64,000 nt of DNA, taken from positions 124,808-188,807 of the forward strand of contig JACPLF010000006.1 of NCBI GenBank assembly GCA_016186645.1. Direction: 5' to 3'. This DNA is from Candidatus Levyibacteriota bacterium (GTDB taxonomy: Bacteria; Patescibacteriota; Microgenomatia; Levybacterales; UBA12049). A program made the position numbers and the translations under genes. This document shows, one piece after another, positions 45,904 through 55,673 of this stretch. Within the stretch, counting starts at the first letter, position 1, and each line of letters opens with the position of its first letter. A model generated the notes under the pieces. It did not search any database and had not been told where the DNA came from. It saw nothing but the letters and a program-made list of their open reading frames with translations.

Positions 45904-46731
45904 ATGGATAATACGGGCATTAGTGAATCAATTCATGAGCTTGAAATTAACGTGCTGCAAAGCAACCCTCTTCAGCCCCGCGGAATAATTAGTCCTTCAT
46001 CTTTAAGCGATTTGGTTGATTCTATAAGAGAGCAGGGTATTTTGGAGCCTTTGGTTGTTGCTCAAACGCCGGCAGGATATCAAATCATTGCTGGGGAGAG
46101 ACGTTGGAGAGCAGCTAAACTCCTGGGACTTTCCAAAGTTCCAGTTGTAATCAAAGAAACCACTCCTCAGGGAATGCTTGAAATGTCTATTGTCGAAAAT
46201 GTTCAGAGAGAGGATCTTAATCCAATTGAAAGAGCATTGGCATACAAAAGACTTATTGATGAATTTGGTCTTGGGACTAATGAGGTCGCCAGAAAAGTCG
46301 GAAAAAGTGCACCAACAGTTTCTAACACAATTCGACTTTTGTCACTTCCGGATGCAATTAAAGACGCTTTGGTTGCGGGTGTAATTACAGAAGGCCATGT
46401 CCGTCCCCTAATTTCTTTAGGTGATACAGATTTAATGTTGGATTTATTCCGAAGAATACTTCGTGAAAACAGCACAGTTAGACAAACAGAAGATGAAGCA
46501 AGAAAAGCAAAGGGCGAGATTGAGAAAAGAGAGCCTCGTGCAGTAAGCGACAAGCTTTGGGTACCAGAACTTGATGAGATGGCTCGTAAAATTGCTGAAA
46601 AACATAGTTTGGACAAAGTTACAATTTTTCAAACCAGTAAGAAGGCAAAAATCTTGATAGAAATAAGAGGAGATGTAGAGGTAACTGGCCCCAAAATAAA
46701 AGCGTTAAATAAAATTTTGGCAGGCGAATAA
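45904..46731 (+). CDS. parB: ParB/Spo0J partition protein
   Basis: NPLQPR, IIAGERRWRAA, ENVQREDLNPIE, HTH VSNTIRLL. Confidence 0.93.
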   Translation: MDNTGISESIHELEINVLQSNPLQPRGIISPSSLSDLVDSIREQGILEPLVVAQTPAGYQIIAGERRWRAAKLLGLSKVPVVIKETTPQGMLEMSIVENVQREDLNPIERALAYKRLIDEFGLGTNEVARKVGKSAPTVSNTIRLLSLPDAIKDALVAGVITEGHVRPLISLGDTDLMLDLFRRILRENSTVRQTEDEARKAKGEIEKREPRAVSDKLWVPELDEMARKIAEKHSLDKVTIFQTSKKAKILIEIRGDVEVTGPKIKALNKILAGE

Positions 46732-47292
46732 TTACTTGTAAGGATTTTTGACTATCTCCATTTTGTCCAGCGGCCAGTAAGCAAAAAGAGACTTGCCAAC
46801 TATAGATTTAAGCGGAACAAAGCCCCACTCTCTAGAGTCAGAGCTTCCTGACCTGTTGTCTCCCAGTACGAAATAGGAATCTTCAGACACAGTTACAATT
46901 TCTCCTTCCTGAATAAATGATCCTCCATAGGTTCTGGTAGATGGGTCAAGAAACATACTTTGATCGAGGAGCTTTCCGTTAACAAAAACATCGCCATTTT
47001 TTAATAAGACTGTATCTCCAGGTATTCCAATTATACGCTTTATATAATCCTTTTCCGGATCAGACGGAGCCTTGAATACAATGACATCCCCTAGTTGTGG
47101 CTTTCCAAATTTTAAAGTAATTATATTTGTCAGAACGTATTGTTTGTCAAAAAAAGTAGGGTCCATAGAGTTTCCGCTAACCCGAAAGGGGCGGAAAAGA
47201 AAAACATATATTACGAGGAAAACCGCAAAAACCAAAAGAAGAGTTTGAACAGTATCTATCAAAAAAGCATAGGTTTTCCTCAAAAATTCCAT
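46732..47292 (-). CDS. lepB: Signal peptidase I
   Basis: SGNSMDPT, YIKRIIG.PGD, LGDNR..S.DSR. Confidence 0.96.
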   Translation of the reverse strand: MEFLRKTYAFLIDTVQTLLLVFAVFLVIYVFLFRPFRVSGNSMDPTFFDKQYVLTNIITLKFGKPQLGDVIVFKAPSDPEKDYIKRIIGIPGDTVLLKNGDVFVNGKLLDQSMFLDPSTRTYGGSFIQEGEIVTVSEDSYFVLGDNRSGSSDSREWGFVPLKSIVGKSLFAYWPLDKMEIVKNPYK

Positions 47293-47320
47293 TAATTAAT
47301 TGTCCTTGATTTACCTAGCT

Positions 47321-47349
47321 TTGTCAATGCAAGGCAGATGTTGTAAAAT
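47321..47349 (+). promoter_or_regulatory. Sigma70-type promoter for the tRNA region
   Basis: TTGTCA(47321)-17 bp-TAAAAT(47344). Confidence 0.6.
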
Positions 47350-47357
47350 GTGGTGGA

Positions 47358-47430
47358 GGACCCGTGGTTCAGTGGTTTACCCGTTCAAATTTTGATCCAC
47401 AAAATTTGTTCGGGTGAAGAGCGTTGCATT
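47358..47430 (+). pseudogene. 5' half of a tRNA (Val-like) with a hairpin inserted in the D-loop
   Basis: GGACCCG TG GTTC AGTGG[hairpin 47376-47418]GAGC G TTGCA TT = acceptor strand, D-arm, 5' anticodon stem. Confidence 0.6.
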
Positions 47431-47432
47431 AT

Positions 47433-47696
47433 ATGTTTTATATTTATGTACTAAGGAGCGTTAAAGATAAAAAACTGTATTCTGGTTATACATCTGACTT
47501 AAGATCAAGATTTAGATATCACAACCAAGGTAAAGTAGAAGTAACTAAGCATAGAAGGCCATTTAAGCTGATTTATTATGAGGCATACTTGCATCAACAA
47601 GATGCAACAGCAAGAGAGAAATTCCTTAAGACTCAATGGGGAAGAAATTTTTTGAAAAGAGTTCTTAAGAATTATTTTAAAAACTTGGACGACTAG
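47433..47696 (+). CDS. Stand-alone GIY-YIG nuclease
   Basis: FYIYVL...LYSGYTSDL..R...HN.G, YYEAY, A.AREKFLK; stop lies inside the tRNA 5' end. Confidence 0.92.
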   Translation: MFYIYVLRSVKDKKLYSGYTSDLRSRFRYHNQGKVEVTKHRRPFKLIYYEAYLHQQDATAREKFLKTQWGRNFLKRVLKNYFKNLDD

Positions 47697-47758
47697 CTCA
47701 GTGGTAGAGCGCCTCGCTCACATCGAGGAGGTCGTTGGTCCAATTCCAACGTCGTCCA
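47687..47758 (+). tRNA. tRNA-Val(CAC), CCA not encoded
   Basis: GGACGAC/GTCGTCC acceptor, GCTC/GAGC D-stem, CCTCG-CT CAC AT-CGAGG, GTTGG-TCCAATT-CCAAC, discriminator A. Confidence 0.93.
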
Positions 47759-47760
47759 CT

Positions 47761-48567
47761 ATGAGTAGGTGTTTGATTTGTAAATCCAATAATAAATACC
47801 CACTTTGCTCTAAGTGTGCAAAAAAACCCTTTTTGGTTGAAAGAGCAAGACAAATTCTTGCCAGCATAAATGATTTGGAGTTCTTGAAAAAAACATATAA
47901 TTTAAGATATGCTGAAATTAAGAATTTAAATACTCCTAAATTTTGGAATAAACTGCTATTTGATACAACAAATTTACAAGCTCAGGATGGAATGACAAAA
48001 GACAGAGTAAAAACTTCTTTTAAATTCTTGTCCAGGAATGCAAAAAAGATTCTAGATATAGGAGCGGGAAACGGGTTTGTAGAAGAGTTGATTGGAAAAA
48101 ATAAAGGCATTAAGATTTATGGCAATGATATATCAAGCATTGCAGTCAGAAAATTAAAAGAAAGATTTAAAGGAGATTTCAAAAAAGAATCACTATATTC
48201 AATGAAATATCCCAAAAAATCTTTTGATAGCATTTTTATGCTTGAGGTTTTGGAACATATTGCGCCCAGCAAGGTTTTCAGCGTGCTAAAGAAAGTCAGG
48301 GAAATTTTGAGAAAGAAGGGATCTTTGATAGTTTCAATTCCGACTAATGAGGGTTTGGAAAAGAAGAGAGATAATCTCAGCGGACATTTAAGAACGTATA
48401 CGGAAAATTTAATTAGAGCGGAGCTAAAAATAGCAGGATTTAAAGTTGTAAAATTAAAAACCCTCTATGCATTTAAAAATTTTTATAATTTTAAAAAAAT
48501 CTCAGCAAAAATTCTGAGAAAAAGATGGCAGCCTAACGATATCGTAATTTTAGCAAAACCTGAATGA
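47761..48567 (+). CDS. Class I SAM methyltransferase with N-terminal CxxC..CxxC
   Basis: ILDIGAGNG, FDSIFMLEVLEHI, GHLRTY; start moved to ATG 47761 after the tRNA. Confidence 0.85.
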   Translation: MSRCLICKSNNKYPLCSKCAKKPFLVERARQILASINDLEFLKKTYNLRYAEIKNLNTPKFWNKLLFDTTNLQAQDGMTKDRVKTSFKFLSRNAKKILDIGAGNGFVEELIGKNKGIKIYGNDISSIAVRKLKERFKGDFKKESLYSMKYPKKSFDSIFMLEVLEHIAPSKVFSVLKKVREILRKKGSLIVSIPTNEGLEKKRDNLSGHLRTYTENLIRAELKIAGFKVVKLKTLYAFKNFYNFKKISAKILRKRWQPNDIVILAKPE

Positions 48568-49613
48568 AGATTTTATTTTTTTCCCGTCTATTTTATCCCC
48601 ATATTGGCGGAGTTGAGAAGCACGTTCTAGAAGTGGGCCGGCAATTAATAGAAAAAGGTCACAAGGTGACGATTATAACGGAAGATTTATCAACTAAAGA
48701 TATACCAGTATATCTTCAATCGAAAGGAAAAATTCCAAGACATGAAGTTATTAATTTAATTGAAGTTTATAGAATTCCTGTAGGGGAAAGTGACTGGTTT
48801 AGAAAGTTTAGAATTTGGAAGGAAATTTGGAAACTTAGAAATTTAATAAAAACTTCAGATGCCATCCATTGCCACGATGTATTTTTCTGGTATCTGCCTT
48901 TTCGTTTTCTATTTCCTTTTAAGAAAGTATTTGCAACATTTCATGGATACGAAAGTTATCCTTTGAAATCAAAATCTATTTTAATGCACAAGATATCTGA
49001 AAAATTGTCTAATGGCAACATTTGCATAGGCCATTTTATAAAAAAATGGTACGGAACAAAACCGAACTTTGTTGTTTATGGAGGAGTAGAAGGAGTTAAA
49101 AGTGAAAAATTAAAAATGGAAAATGGGAATTCGGCAATTTTTATTGGCAGACTGGATGAGCAGACGGGAATATTAACTTATGTTAATGCAGTTAAATTAA
49201 TAAGGAAAAAAATACCAAATTTTAAGTTTGAAATAATAGGTGACGGAAAGTATAGGAAAGAAATTGAGAAATATTTTAAGGTTTTAGGATTTCAAAAAAA
49301 AACGGAAAAATATTTTCTAGATTATAATTTTGCATTTGTTTCCAGGTATCTGTCAATTTTGGAAGCAATGGCGGCAAGAAGATTGGTATTTGCGTCTTAT
49401 GATAACCCTCTTAAAGAAGATTATCTTAGAATGGCATCCTTTTCAAAATATATTGTAATTTTTAATTCTCCTTCCGAATTAATCTCAAAAGTTTTGTTCT
49501 ATCTCAAGAACCCGGACAAAAAAGAAAAATTGGTAGAAAGTGCCTATGAATGGGTTAAAAAACAGACTTGGGAAAAAATGGCCAATATTTACCTGAAGCT
49601 TTGGAATAAATAG
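48564..49613 (+). CDS. Glycosyltransferase family 4
   Basis: FYPHIGGVEKH, FIGRLD, SILEAMA. Confidence 0.88.
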   Translation: MKILFFSRLFYPHIGGVEKHVLEVGRQLIEKGHKVTIITEDLSTKDIPVYLQSKGKIPRHEVINLIEVYRIPVGESDWFRKFRIWKEIWKLRNLIKTSDAIHCHDVFFWYLPFRFLFPFKKVFATFHGYESYPLKSKSILMHKISEKLSNGNICIGHFIKKWYGTKPNFVVYGGVEGVKSEKLKMENGNSAIFIGRLDEQTGILTYVNAVKLIRKKIPNFKFEIIGDGKYRKEIEKYFKVLGFQKKTEKYFLDYNFAFVSRYLSILEAMAARRLVFASYDNPLKEDYLRMASFSKYIVIFNSPSELISKVLFYLKNPDKKEKLVESAYEWVKKQTWEKMANIYLKLWNK

Positions 49614-51306
49614 CTAGTATTATTAAAGAAATTAGGCTTAACCACTTTGAAAAAATAATTATCGGCAAATCTACAAATTTCACCTCGACATTATAATTTC
49701 CTTCGGGAAGATCAAAACTTATAACTCCGGGAAAATCAGGATTAGAATAGTTAACAGAAACGAGTTTTTTATTGGCCTCTACTGTCCATCCCGGGAAGTA
49801 TAGAGTGTTTTCTTTGATGTTAATACTTGAAAATGCATTAATTTGGTATCGATGACTAATTGGCGTTCTCGCAGTCTCTTTGGTAGCAGCATTTCCTTGT
49901 AAAATTTCTATATTTGCTTTTGGTTTGGTTCTAAGTTGTGATTTTTTCAAATCTGCCCAAATAGGAGATGATGGTTCCAATCCGCTAATATCAGGCTTGA
50001 TGTCAAACTCCTTTTTTAGATACTCGTCTTGAATAGTTGGAATAGTGCCCCTATTGCCCCAGTTTAATATTGTGTAGGCAATTGTAAGAAAACAAAGTCC
50101 TACGATGAACCAGTTTTTGTTTATTTTTTTAGCAACAATTCCTGCAATTATAGAAACGCATAATGCTAAAATCACAAGTAAGCGAGTAGAAAACTGGGAA
50201 TATTTTAAGAAGGGAGTAACTTCCCATATAGACTTTGACATAGGGAGTATCATAAAAAATAAAATTGCGGAAATAATTAAGAAAAAAACAAGAAGATTTT
50301 TTAGTTTTTTATTAAATTTATTTTTAACAATTAAATATATTGATATCCCAATGATAAATAGTTGTGTATAGCCAATTAAGTAAGAAAGTTCACCTATGTT
50401 GCTCTGGAATAAGAATCCGAGTCTCCAGGGCGAATACAGTAATTGCGACACTTGCGGAAATAAAATTTGGGTTGGGTTTAATCCTTGTTGCGTAAATTTG
50501 GCAAGATTTACGATAGGCAGCCAGTGGAAAGACGAAATAAAAAAACCGAATAAAATTGAGATAAAATAATAAATAATATTTTTTAATTTTTTATTATTCC
50601 TAAACCAGACAAATAATCCATAAGCTAACATTATCGGCAAAAACATTAGGGAAATTGCCTGATGAGAAAGAATTAAAAGCCCAAGAGATATTGCAAGAAT
50701 AACAAACCATTTTTTGCTATTTGTCTCAATAAGTTTTTTGATGGATAATAGTATTGCCGGTAGGAATACGAAAGAGAGATTCTCTGCTATTGTTACTCTA
50801 AAGTGTAGATCCACAAAATGGTATGGCATAAAAAGGTAGAATATTGCAGCAACAAATCCGGCTTTTTTACCCAGTTCTTCTTTGACCCAAAAATACATTG
50901 TTATTCCTGAGAAAATGAAAGAGAAAGATAGCAGCATCTTAATGCTGGTTAAAAAAGAGATACCGATAGAATGGAAGATAGAGCCTATAAAGTAAGGGAG
51001 AAAATATGCGAAAAGGAAATGTGGGTCTCCGTACCCTGCATTGAATTCGGGAGTCCATCGAGGAATAAGACGATAATTTACTAATAAATTGTAGAAAGAT
51101 ATTAATCTTTTTGCATGTAAAGAGAGATCTCCGCTTTCGTATGATCCTGCTCTAAAAATGCTTACAATCGGAAGGATCGAGATCAATATTAATAAATAAA
51201 ATAAGTTGATTTTTCGTTTGAAGAGATATTTATAAACTATTAAACCCAGAAGCAGGAAGATTGATAACATTAGGTTTAAAACGACCATTTTGTAGGCTGG
51301 TAGCAT
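49555..51306 (-). CDS. Multi-TM GT-C-type membrane protein (PTPS-related/YfhO-like)
   Basis: D.SLH..R, PRWTPEFNAGYGDP, PYHFVDLHFR..IAE, QFSTRL, YFPGW. Confidence 0.75.
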   Translation of the reverse strand: MLPAYKMVVLNLMLSIFLLLGLIVYKYLFKRKINLFYLLILISILPIVSIFRAGSYESGDLSLHAKRLISFYNLLVNYRLIPRWTPEFNAGYGDPHFLFAYFLPYFIGSIFHSIGISFLTSIKMLLSFSFIFSGITMYFWVKEELGKKAGFVAAIFYLFMPYHFVDLHFRVTIAENLSFVFLPAILLSIKKLIETNSKKWFVILAISLGLLILSHQAISLMFLPIMLAYGLFVWFRNNKKLKNIIYYFISILFGFFISSFHWLPIVNLAKFTQQGLNPTQILFPQVSQLLYSPWRLGFLFQSNIGELSYLIGYTQLFIIGISIYLIVKNKFNKKLKNLLVFFLIISAILFFMILPMSKSIWEVTPFLKYSQFSTRLLVILALCVSIIAGIVAKKINKNWFIVGLCFLTIAYTILNWGNRGTIPTIQDEYLKKEFDIKPDISGLEPSSPIWADLKKSQLRTKPKANIEILQGNAATKETARTPISHRYQINAFSSINIKENTLYFPGWTVEANKKLVSVNYSNPDFPGVISFDLPEGNYNVEVKFVDLPIIIFSKWLSLISLIILAIYSKASGKYWPFFPKSVF

Positions 51307-51343
51307 GCTGATATAATACGAATTGTTAAGCTCTAGTGCAAGT

Positions 51344-52489
51344 ATGAAGGTGTCTTTTATAGCTACAGTTTATAACGAGGAAGCTTCTATTAAGGCGTTG
51401 TTGGATTCACTGATGAAGCAATCCCAAATGCCTGCTGAAATTATTATTTCTGATGGGGGAAGTACTGACCGTACGGTCGGTATAATTAAAGCTTACCCGG
51501 GAAAGATTAAGATAATTATAAAAAAAGGAAATAGGTCGGTGGGGAGAAATGAGGCGATTAGAAAAACGACTAACGAAATTATTGTTTGTTCTGATTCAGG
51601 TTGCATTCTTGACAAAAATTGGGTAAAAAATATAATCGAACCATTTTCTGATCCAAAAACGGATGTTGTTGCAGGATATTATGTTGGCAAACCGAATTCG
51701 GTTTTTGAAAAGTGTTTAATTCCCTATGTTTTGGTAATGCCGGATAAAATAGACGCCAATAGTTTTCTTCCTGCCAGCCGCTCTATGGCTTTTAGGAAAT
51801 CCACATGGAAAAATGCAGGAAAATTTCCTAAAGAATTTAACAACAATGAAGATTATGTTTTTGCTAAAAATTTGATGAAAATTAACGCAAAGATTGTGTT
51901 TGAAAAAAAGGCAATCGTTTACTGGAGGCCAAGAAGTAATATTAAGAATGCTTTTACAATGTTTTACCGCTTTGCAAAGGGAGATTCAGAATCTCGCATC
52001 TTTAGACCTAAAGTGATCCTAATATTTGCACGTTATATTGCTTTCCTTATTTTTACAGTTTCGTTTTTAATTTTTAAATCATACATAATACTTAATACTT
52101 TATACTTAATACTTGCTTTTTATATTCTTTGGTCAATAGCTAAAAATTATAAGTATGTAAAAGATGCTCGGGCAATAGTCTTTCTTCCTTTGATCCAATT
52201 CGTATCAGATACGGCAGTGATAGCGGGAACAGTAATAGGCTTACTAACTCAAAAATTAAAAATATTAATTGAAGGATTATTCTATATTACAATTGTATAT
52301 TCAATAATCTTATTAAATTTCAGACACTTAAGGTCTTTGTTTAGTCCGCCTAAAATTAATCAGAGTGAAATCGTAGGCTACGCCCAGTATTTTGGCTATC
52401 CCTTATATTTTGAAACAATAATTTTATTTATTTTTATATTTACTCCAATTCTAGTTTTTTTTGTTCTTAGCAAAATGAAAAAAATATAA
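51344..52489 (+). CDS. Glycosyltransferase family 2 with C-terminal TMs
   Basis: TVYNEE, DGGSTD.T, GRN.AI, NED; ATG 51344 preferred. Confidence 0.88.
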   Translation: MKVSFIATVYNEEASIKALLDSLMKQSQMPAEIIISDGGSTDRTVGIIKAYPGKIKIIIKKGNRSVGRNEAIRKTTNEIIVCSDSGCILDKNWVKNIIEPFSDPKTDVVAGYYVGKPNSVFEKCLIPYVLVMPDKIDANSFLPASRSMAFRKSTWKNAGKFPKEFNNNEDYVFAKNLMKINAKIVFEKKAIVYWRPRSNIKNAFTMFYRFAKGDSESRIFRPKVILIFARYIAFLIFTVSFLIFKSYIILNTLYLILAFYILWSIAKNYKYVKDARAIVFLPLIQFVSDTAVIAGTVIGLLTQKLKILIEGLFYITIVYSIILLNFRHLRSLFSPPKINQSEIVGYAQYFGYPLYFETIILFIFIFTPILVFFVLSKMKKI

Positions 52490-52498
52490 AGACTAACT

Positions 52499-54037
52499 AT
52501 GTTTAAAATAATAAAAAAAGACTTTGATGTAGTAATGCTTCTTATAATTCTATCGGCACTCTATTTCAAAGACTTCTTTTTTTCTTGTTTTAACTATTTA
52601 AATTTAAGTTTTGGATCTCAAATTCCTTTGACTTGGGATTTTACCTCACTTAATAATGTACTTCCGTATAAAGACATATATTTTCCTTATGGGATTTTGT
52701 TTTATTTTAAAAGTAATATTTTCTTAGCAATAATTAATTTCTTCCTGCCTACGATTTTATTCACAGGTATTTATGTTTTTCTCAAGAAAGCATTCGTTAA
52801 TAAATTAATCGCTTTTTTTGCTTTTATCTCTTTTTATTTATTTATAAGTAAGTTTACCGGTATAGAAAATTTCTCACGTTATGGTATAGCTTTGATCATT
52901 GGTGTTCTGCTATCCTTTATTTTCTATAGATCACCTCGGTTAACCTTAAAAGCATCTTTTTTCATTGGGATATTAATAGGTGGAGTTTTCTCATTGGTTA
53001 ATGATCAAGGGCTATATATTCTCTCTTTGTTCTTTTTCTTACTTTTAATAACTCCAATCTTAAAAAGAGTCAAATTAAGCTTCAATTTTTTAATTTCCAG
53101 AATTGTTTTTAGTTTTCTAGGATTTGTAATTGGATTTTTACCGTTCTTAATATTTTTAATCTCAAACAATGCGGAAAATGGCTTTTTACTGTTCATAAAG
53201 CATCTGCCTGATTTCTCACTGTATGCGAAGACACCATTTATTCCCTTTTCTACGACTACAGATAATTTATTTACTTTTGGAAGTATCTTTATTGCTGTGG
53301 TTCTCTTGAGTTTTAAAATTTTCTTCTCTAATAAAAGATTATCACTTATTTCTTTTATGGAATTAGGTCTGGTTTTTATCCTAATCCTTCTTGAACAGAA
53401 AAATATAATTAGATCAATTGATAAGCAAATAACTTTTATCGCATTTTTTCTTTATATAATTATGTTTAACGAATTAATAAAAGACAAAGTCAATGCTACT
53501 CTTACGGTTTTATTTTATCTAATTATTTCAGGTTTGATAGTATCCGGATTCGTGCTTCATCCATTTATTAATTATAAGTTGGGTTTTAAAAGAGAATTAA
53601 AGAGTATGTTTTTCCAGGAGAATTTAGGAAACTTTTTGGTCATAAAAAACAATCTGTGTCTTGATGATAACGTTAATAAATTAATAAAGAATAAAAGCAC
53701 AGGGCTTGAGAAAGTTAAAATGGCAATTGAAAAAGCCTCTAAAGATCCTGTTGAGATATTTGATTATTTAAGCGATCCAGTGTTTTATGTTCTGTTCAAT
53801 CAAAAACCTCCTTATTATTTCACTATTTTTGAGGGAACTCCTTTATATGCGCAGGAGTCGAACGTCAAATACATAAAAGAAAACAATATTAATTATATAA
53901 TTTACAATAACGATGCTTTAAGTATTCAGGATGGAGTGCCCGATAAGGCAAGAACTAGACTTCTTTTTAAGTACGTTTTGGATAATTTTATGATTCTAGA
54001 CAAAGTTGAAAACTTTGTAATTTATAAAAAAATATAA
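52499..54037 (+). CDS. Multi-TM membrane protein, possibly GT-C
   Basis: About 11 TMs, PYKDIYFPYG loop, soluble C-terminus; glycosylation context. Confidence 0.6.
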   Translation: MFKIIKKDFDVVMLLIILSALYFKDFFFSCFNYLNLSFGSQIPLTWDFTSLNNVLPYKDIYFPYGILFYFKSNIFLAIINFFLPTILFTGIYVFLKKAFVNKLIAFFAFISFYLFISKFTGIENFSRYGIALIIGVLLSFIFYRSPRLTLKASFFIGILIGGVFSLVNDQGLYILSLFFFLLLITPILKRVKLSFNFLISRIVFSFLGFVIGFLPFLIFLISNNAENGFLLFIKHLPDFSLYAKTPFIPFSTTTDNLFTFGSIFIAVVLLSFKIFFSNKRLSLISFMELGLVFILILLEQKNIIRSIDKQITFIAFFLYIIMFNELIKDKVNATLTVLFYLIISGLIVSGFVLHPFINYKLGFKRELKSMFFQENLGNFLVIKNNLCLDDNVNKLIKNKSTGLEKVKMAIEKASKDPVEIFDYLSDPVFYVLFNQKPPYYFTIFEGTPLYAQESNVKYIKENNINYIIYNNDALSIQDGVPDKARTRLLFKYVLDNFMILDKVENFVIYKKI

Positions 54038-55656
54038 TGTTTAAGAAAATTATTGATTATATTTTACGGAATAAAATAGTTGCAGGAATAGTTATCATTT
54101 ATTCGTTGGCAATGATTAGTGTTATCGACTGGGGGATTCCAAATATCAGTCATCCATATAATTATCATATGGACGAATGGCATCAGCTTCAGTCTATCAG
54201 GGCAATAATTGAGCATGGATCACCAAATATAAGCGGAGCTGCCAATGGAACTGTTTTCCAATTTTTGCTATCAGGCATTTATCTTATTCCTTTTATTTTA
54301 TTTAAAATAGTTGATCCTTTTTCAATAAAATCGGGAGCTGAGTCATTGTTAATGCAAAAAGAGCTTTTTGAGATTCTAAGACTAAACACTTTAATATTTG
54401 GAGCTTTATCAATACTTGCTCTGTCTAGCCTTATGAAGAAATATTTCAAAACAAATCCGGTTCTCACTCTTGTTTTTTTTACCATAACTCCTGTATGGTT
54501 GGCTTTGAGTAACTATTTCAAATATGATATTGCACTGACTTTTTGGATAATTTCTTCTTTATTTTTTCTTCTAAAATATGGTACAAATACCACTCTCAAA
54601 AATTATATTATTACAGGGATTTTTTGTGCTCTTGCTATTGCCACAAAAATAAGCGCAATCCCGCTTCTTGTAATTTATTTATTATCATTTTTTTATTTTA
54701 ATCTGAATAGAAAAAAAGAATATAGGCATCTGCTTTTTGGCTTATTGGTCTTCGTATTAATATTCTTATCTCTGGGAATACCGGATCTAATTCTGCAAAG
54801 GGGAGACTACAGGGAATATTTGTACTCAAACTTAGTAAGGGATCCAATGATTTTTGATAATTTTATATTGAAGCATAATCCATGGTGGGTTTACTTAATT
54901 AAAAAAATAATTCCTTTGAATTTCGGATATATTTTTTCAGGAATAACTGCATTGGCATTGATATATTGGAGTATAAAATTAAATATAAGAAAATTTAAAA
55001 ATGAGACTTTTGTATTTATCTCAATGATTATGTTTATGATTAGCTTAGTTCCCCTGGAGCTAGGAGCAAATGGGAACAGATTGCTTGTGATCCTTCCGTT
55101 TTTTGCAATTCTCTCAAGTTTGTTTATTCAAAGACTTATCAATAGTTTTCCTTCTTTAAAACACCGCATATATGCTTTGTTAGCTTTTTTATTTATTTTT
55201 CAGTTTTATCAATCTTTTGCAATGATATCCATAAAGTGGGAAAAAGACATTAGAGAATTATTTGCTGTATGGTTAGTTGAAAATATTCAAAAAGGAAGTA
55301 CTATCGGTATTCAAAATATTCCGATATATCAATTGCTTCCCGATATAATAGTCAAAGAATTTTACTTAAAAGATGAGAATAATGTTTTTAAATATCAGAT
55401 AGTTGATGAGAGGGGTCAGCTTCCGGGCATTGTTGTAATAACAAATAAAGAATTTGATTTAAATCATTTGAAAAAATCACCCAAGAAGTCTTTGTTGGCA
55501 AGATTAGATAATGAAGGATATAGAAAATTAAAGGAGTTCAAGCCGCCTGAAATTTTGTACAAAACAATGGGCGATGAGTTTGACTTCTATTCTTCCGGAC
55601 TTGTGCCTATTTGGACAATATCGATATACGAACAAGATAAAAATCCTCAAAATTGA
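54037..55656 (+). CDS. GT-C (ArnT/PMT-like) glycosyltransferase
   Basis: First-loop HMDE, ALAIATK, multi-TM. Confidence 0.75.
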   Translation: MFKKIIDYILRNKIVAGIVIIYSLAMISVIDWGIPNISHPYNYHMDEWHQLQSIRAIIEHGSPNISGAANGTVFQFLLSGIYLIPFILFKIVDPFSIKSGAESLLMQKELFEILRLNTLIFGALSILALSSLMKKYFKTNPVLTLVFFTITPVWLALSNYFKYDIALTFWIISSLFFLLKYGTNTTLKNYIITGIFCALAIATKISAIPLLVIYLLSFFYFNLNRKKEYRHLLFGLLVFVLIFLSLGIPDLILQRGDYREYLYSNLVRDPMIFDNFILKHNPWWVYLIKKIIPLNFGYIFSGITALALIYWSIKLNIRKFKNETFVFISMIMFMISLVPLELGANGNRLLVILPFFAILSSLFIQRLINSFPSLKHRIYALLAFLFIFQFYQSFAMISIKWEKDIRELFAVWLVENIQKGSTIGIQNIPIYQLLPDIIVKEFYLKDENNVFKYQIVDERGQLPGIVVITNKEFDLNHLKKSPKKSLLARLDNEGYRKLKEFKPPEILYKTMGDEFDFYSSGLVPIWTISIYEQDKNPQN

Positions 55657-55673
55657 TAAAATAAGGTATCTTT

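Noticed and set aside
45890-46731. parS site or parA partner near parB
   Set aside because: No GTTTCACGTGAAAC-like palindrome or parA noticed in the window by eye
47358-47758. Group I intron with homing endonuclease inside one tRNA
   Set aside because: No room for a ribozyme core, and the downstream tRNA is complete with stems that do not match the upstream half
47701-47760. N-terminal extension MVERLAHIEEVVGPIPTSST of the methyltransferase ORF
   Set aside because: It is the tRNA-Val sequence read in frame; the real start is ATG 47761
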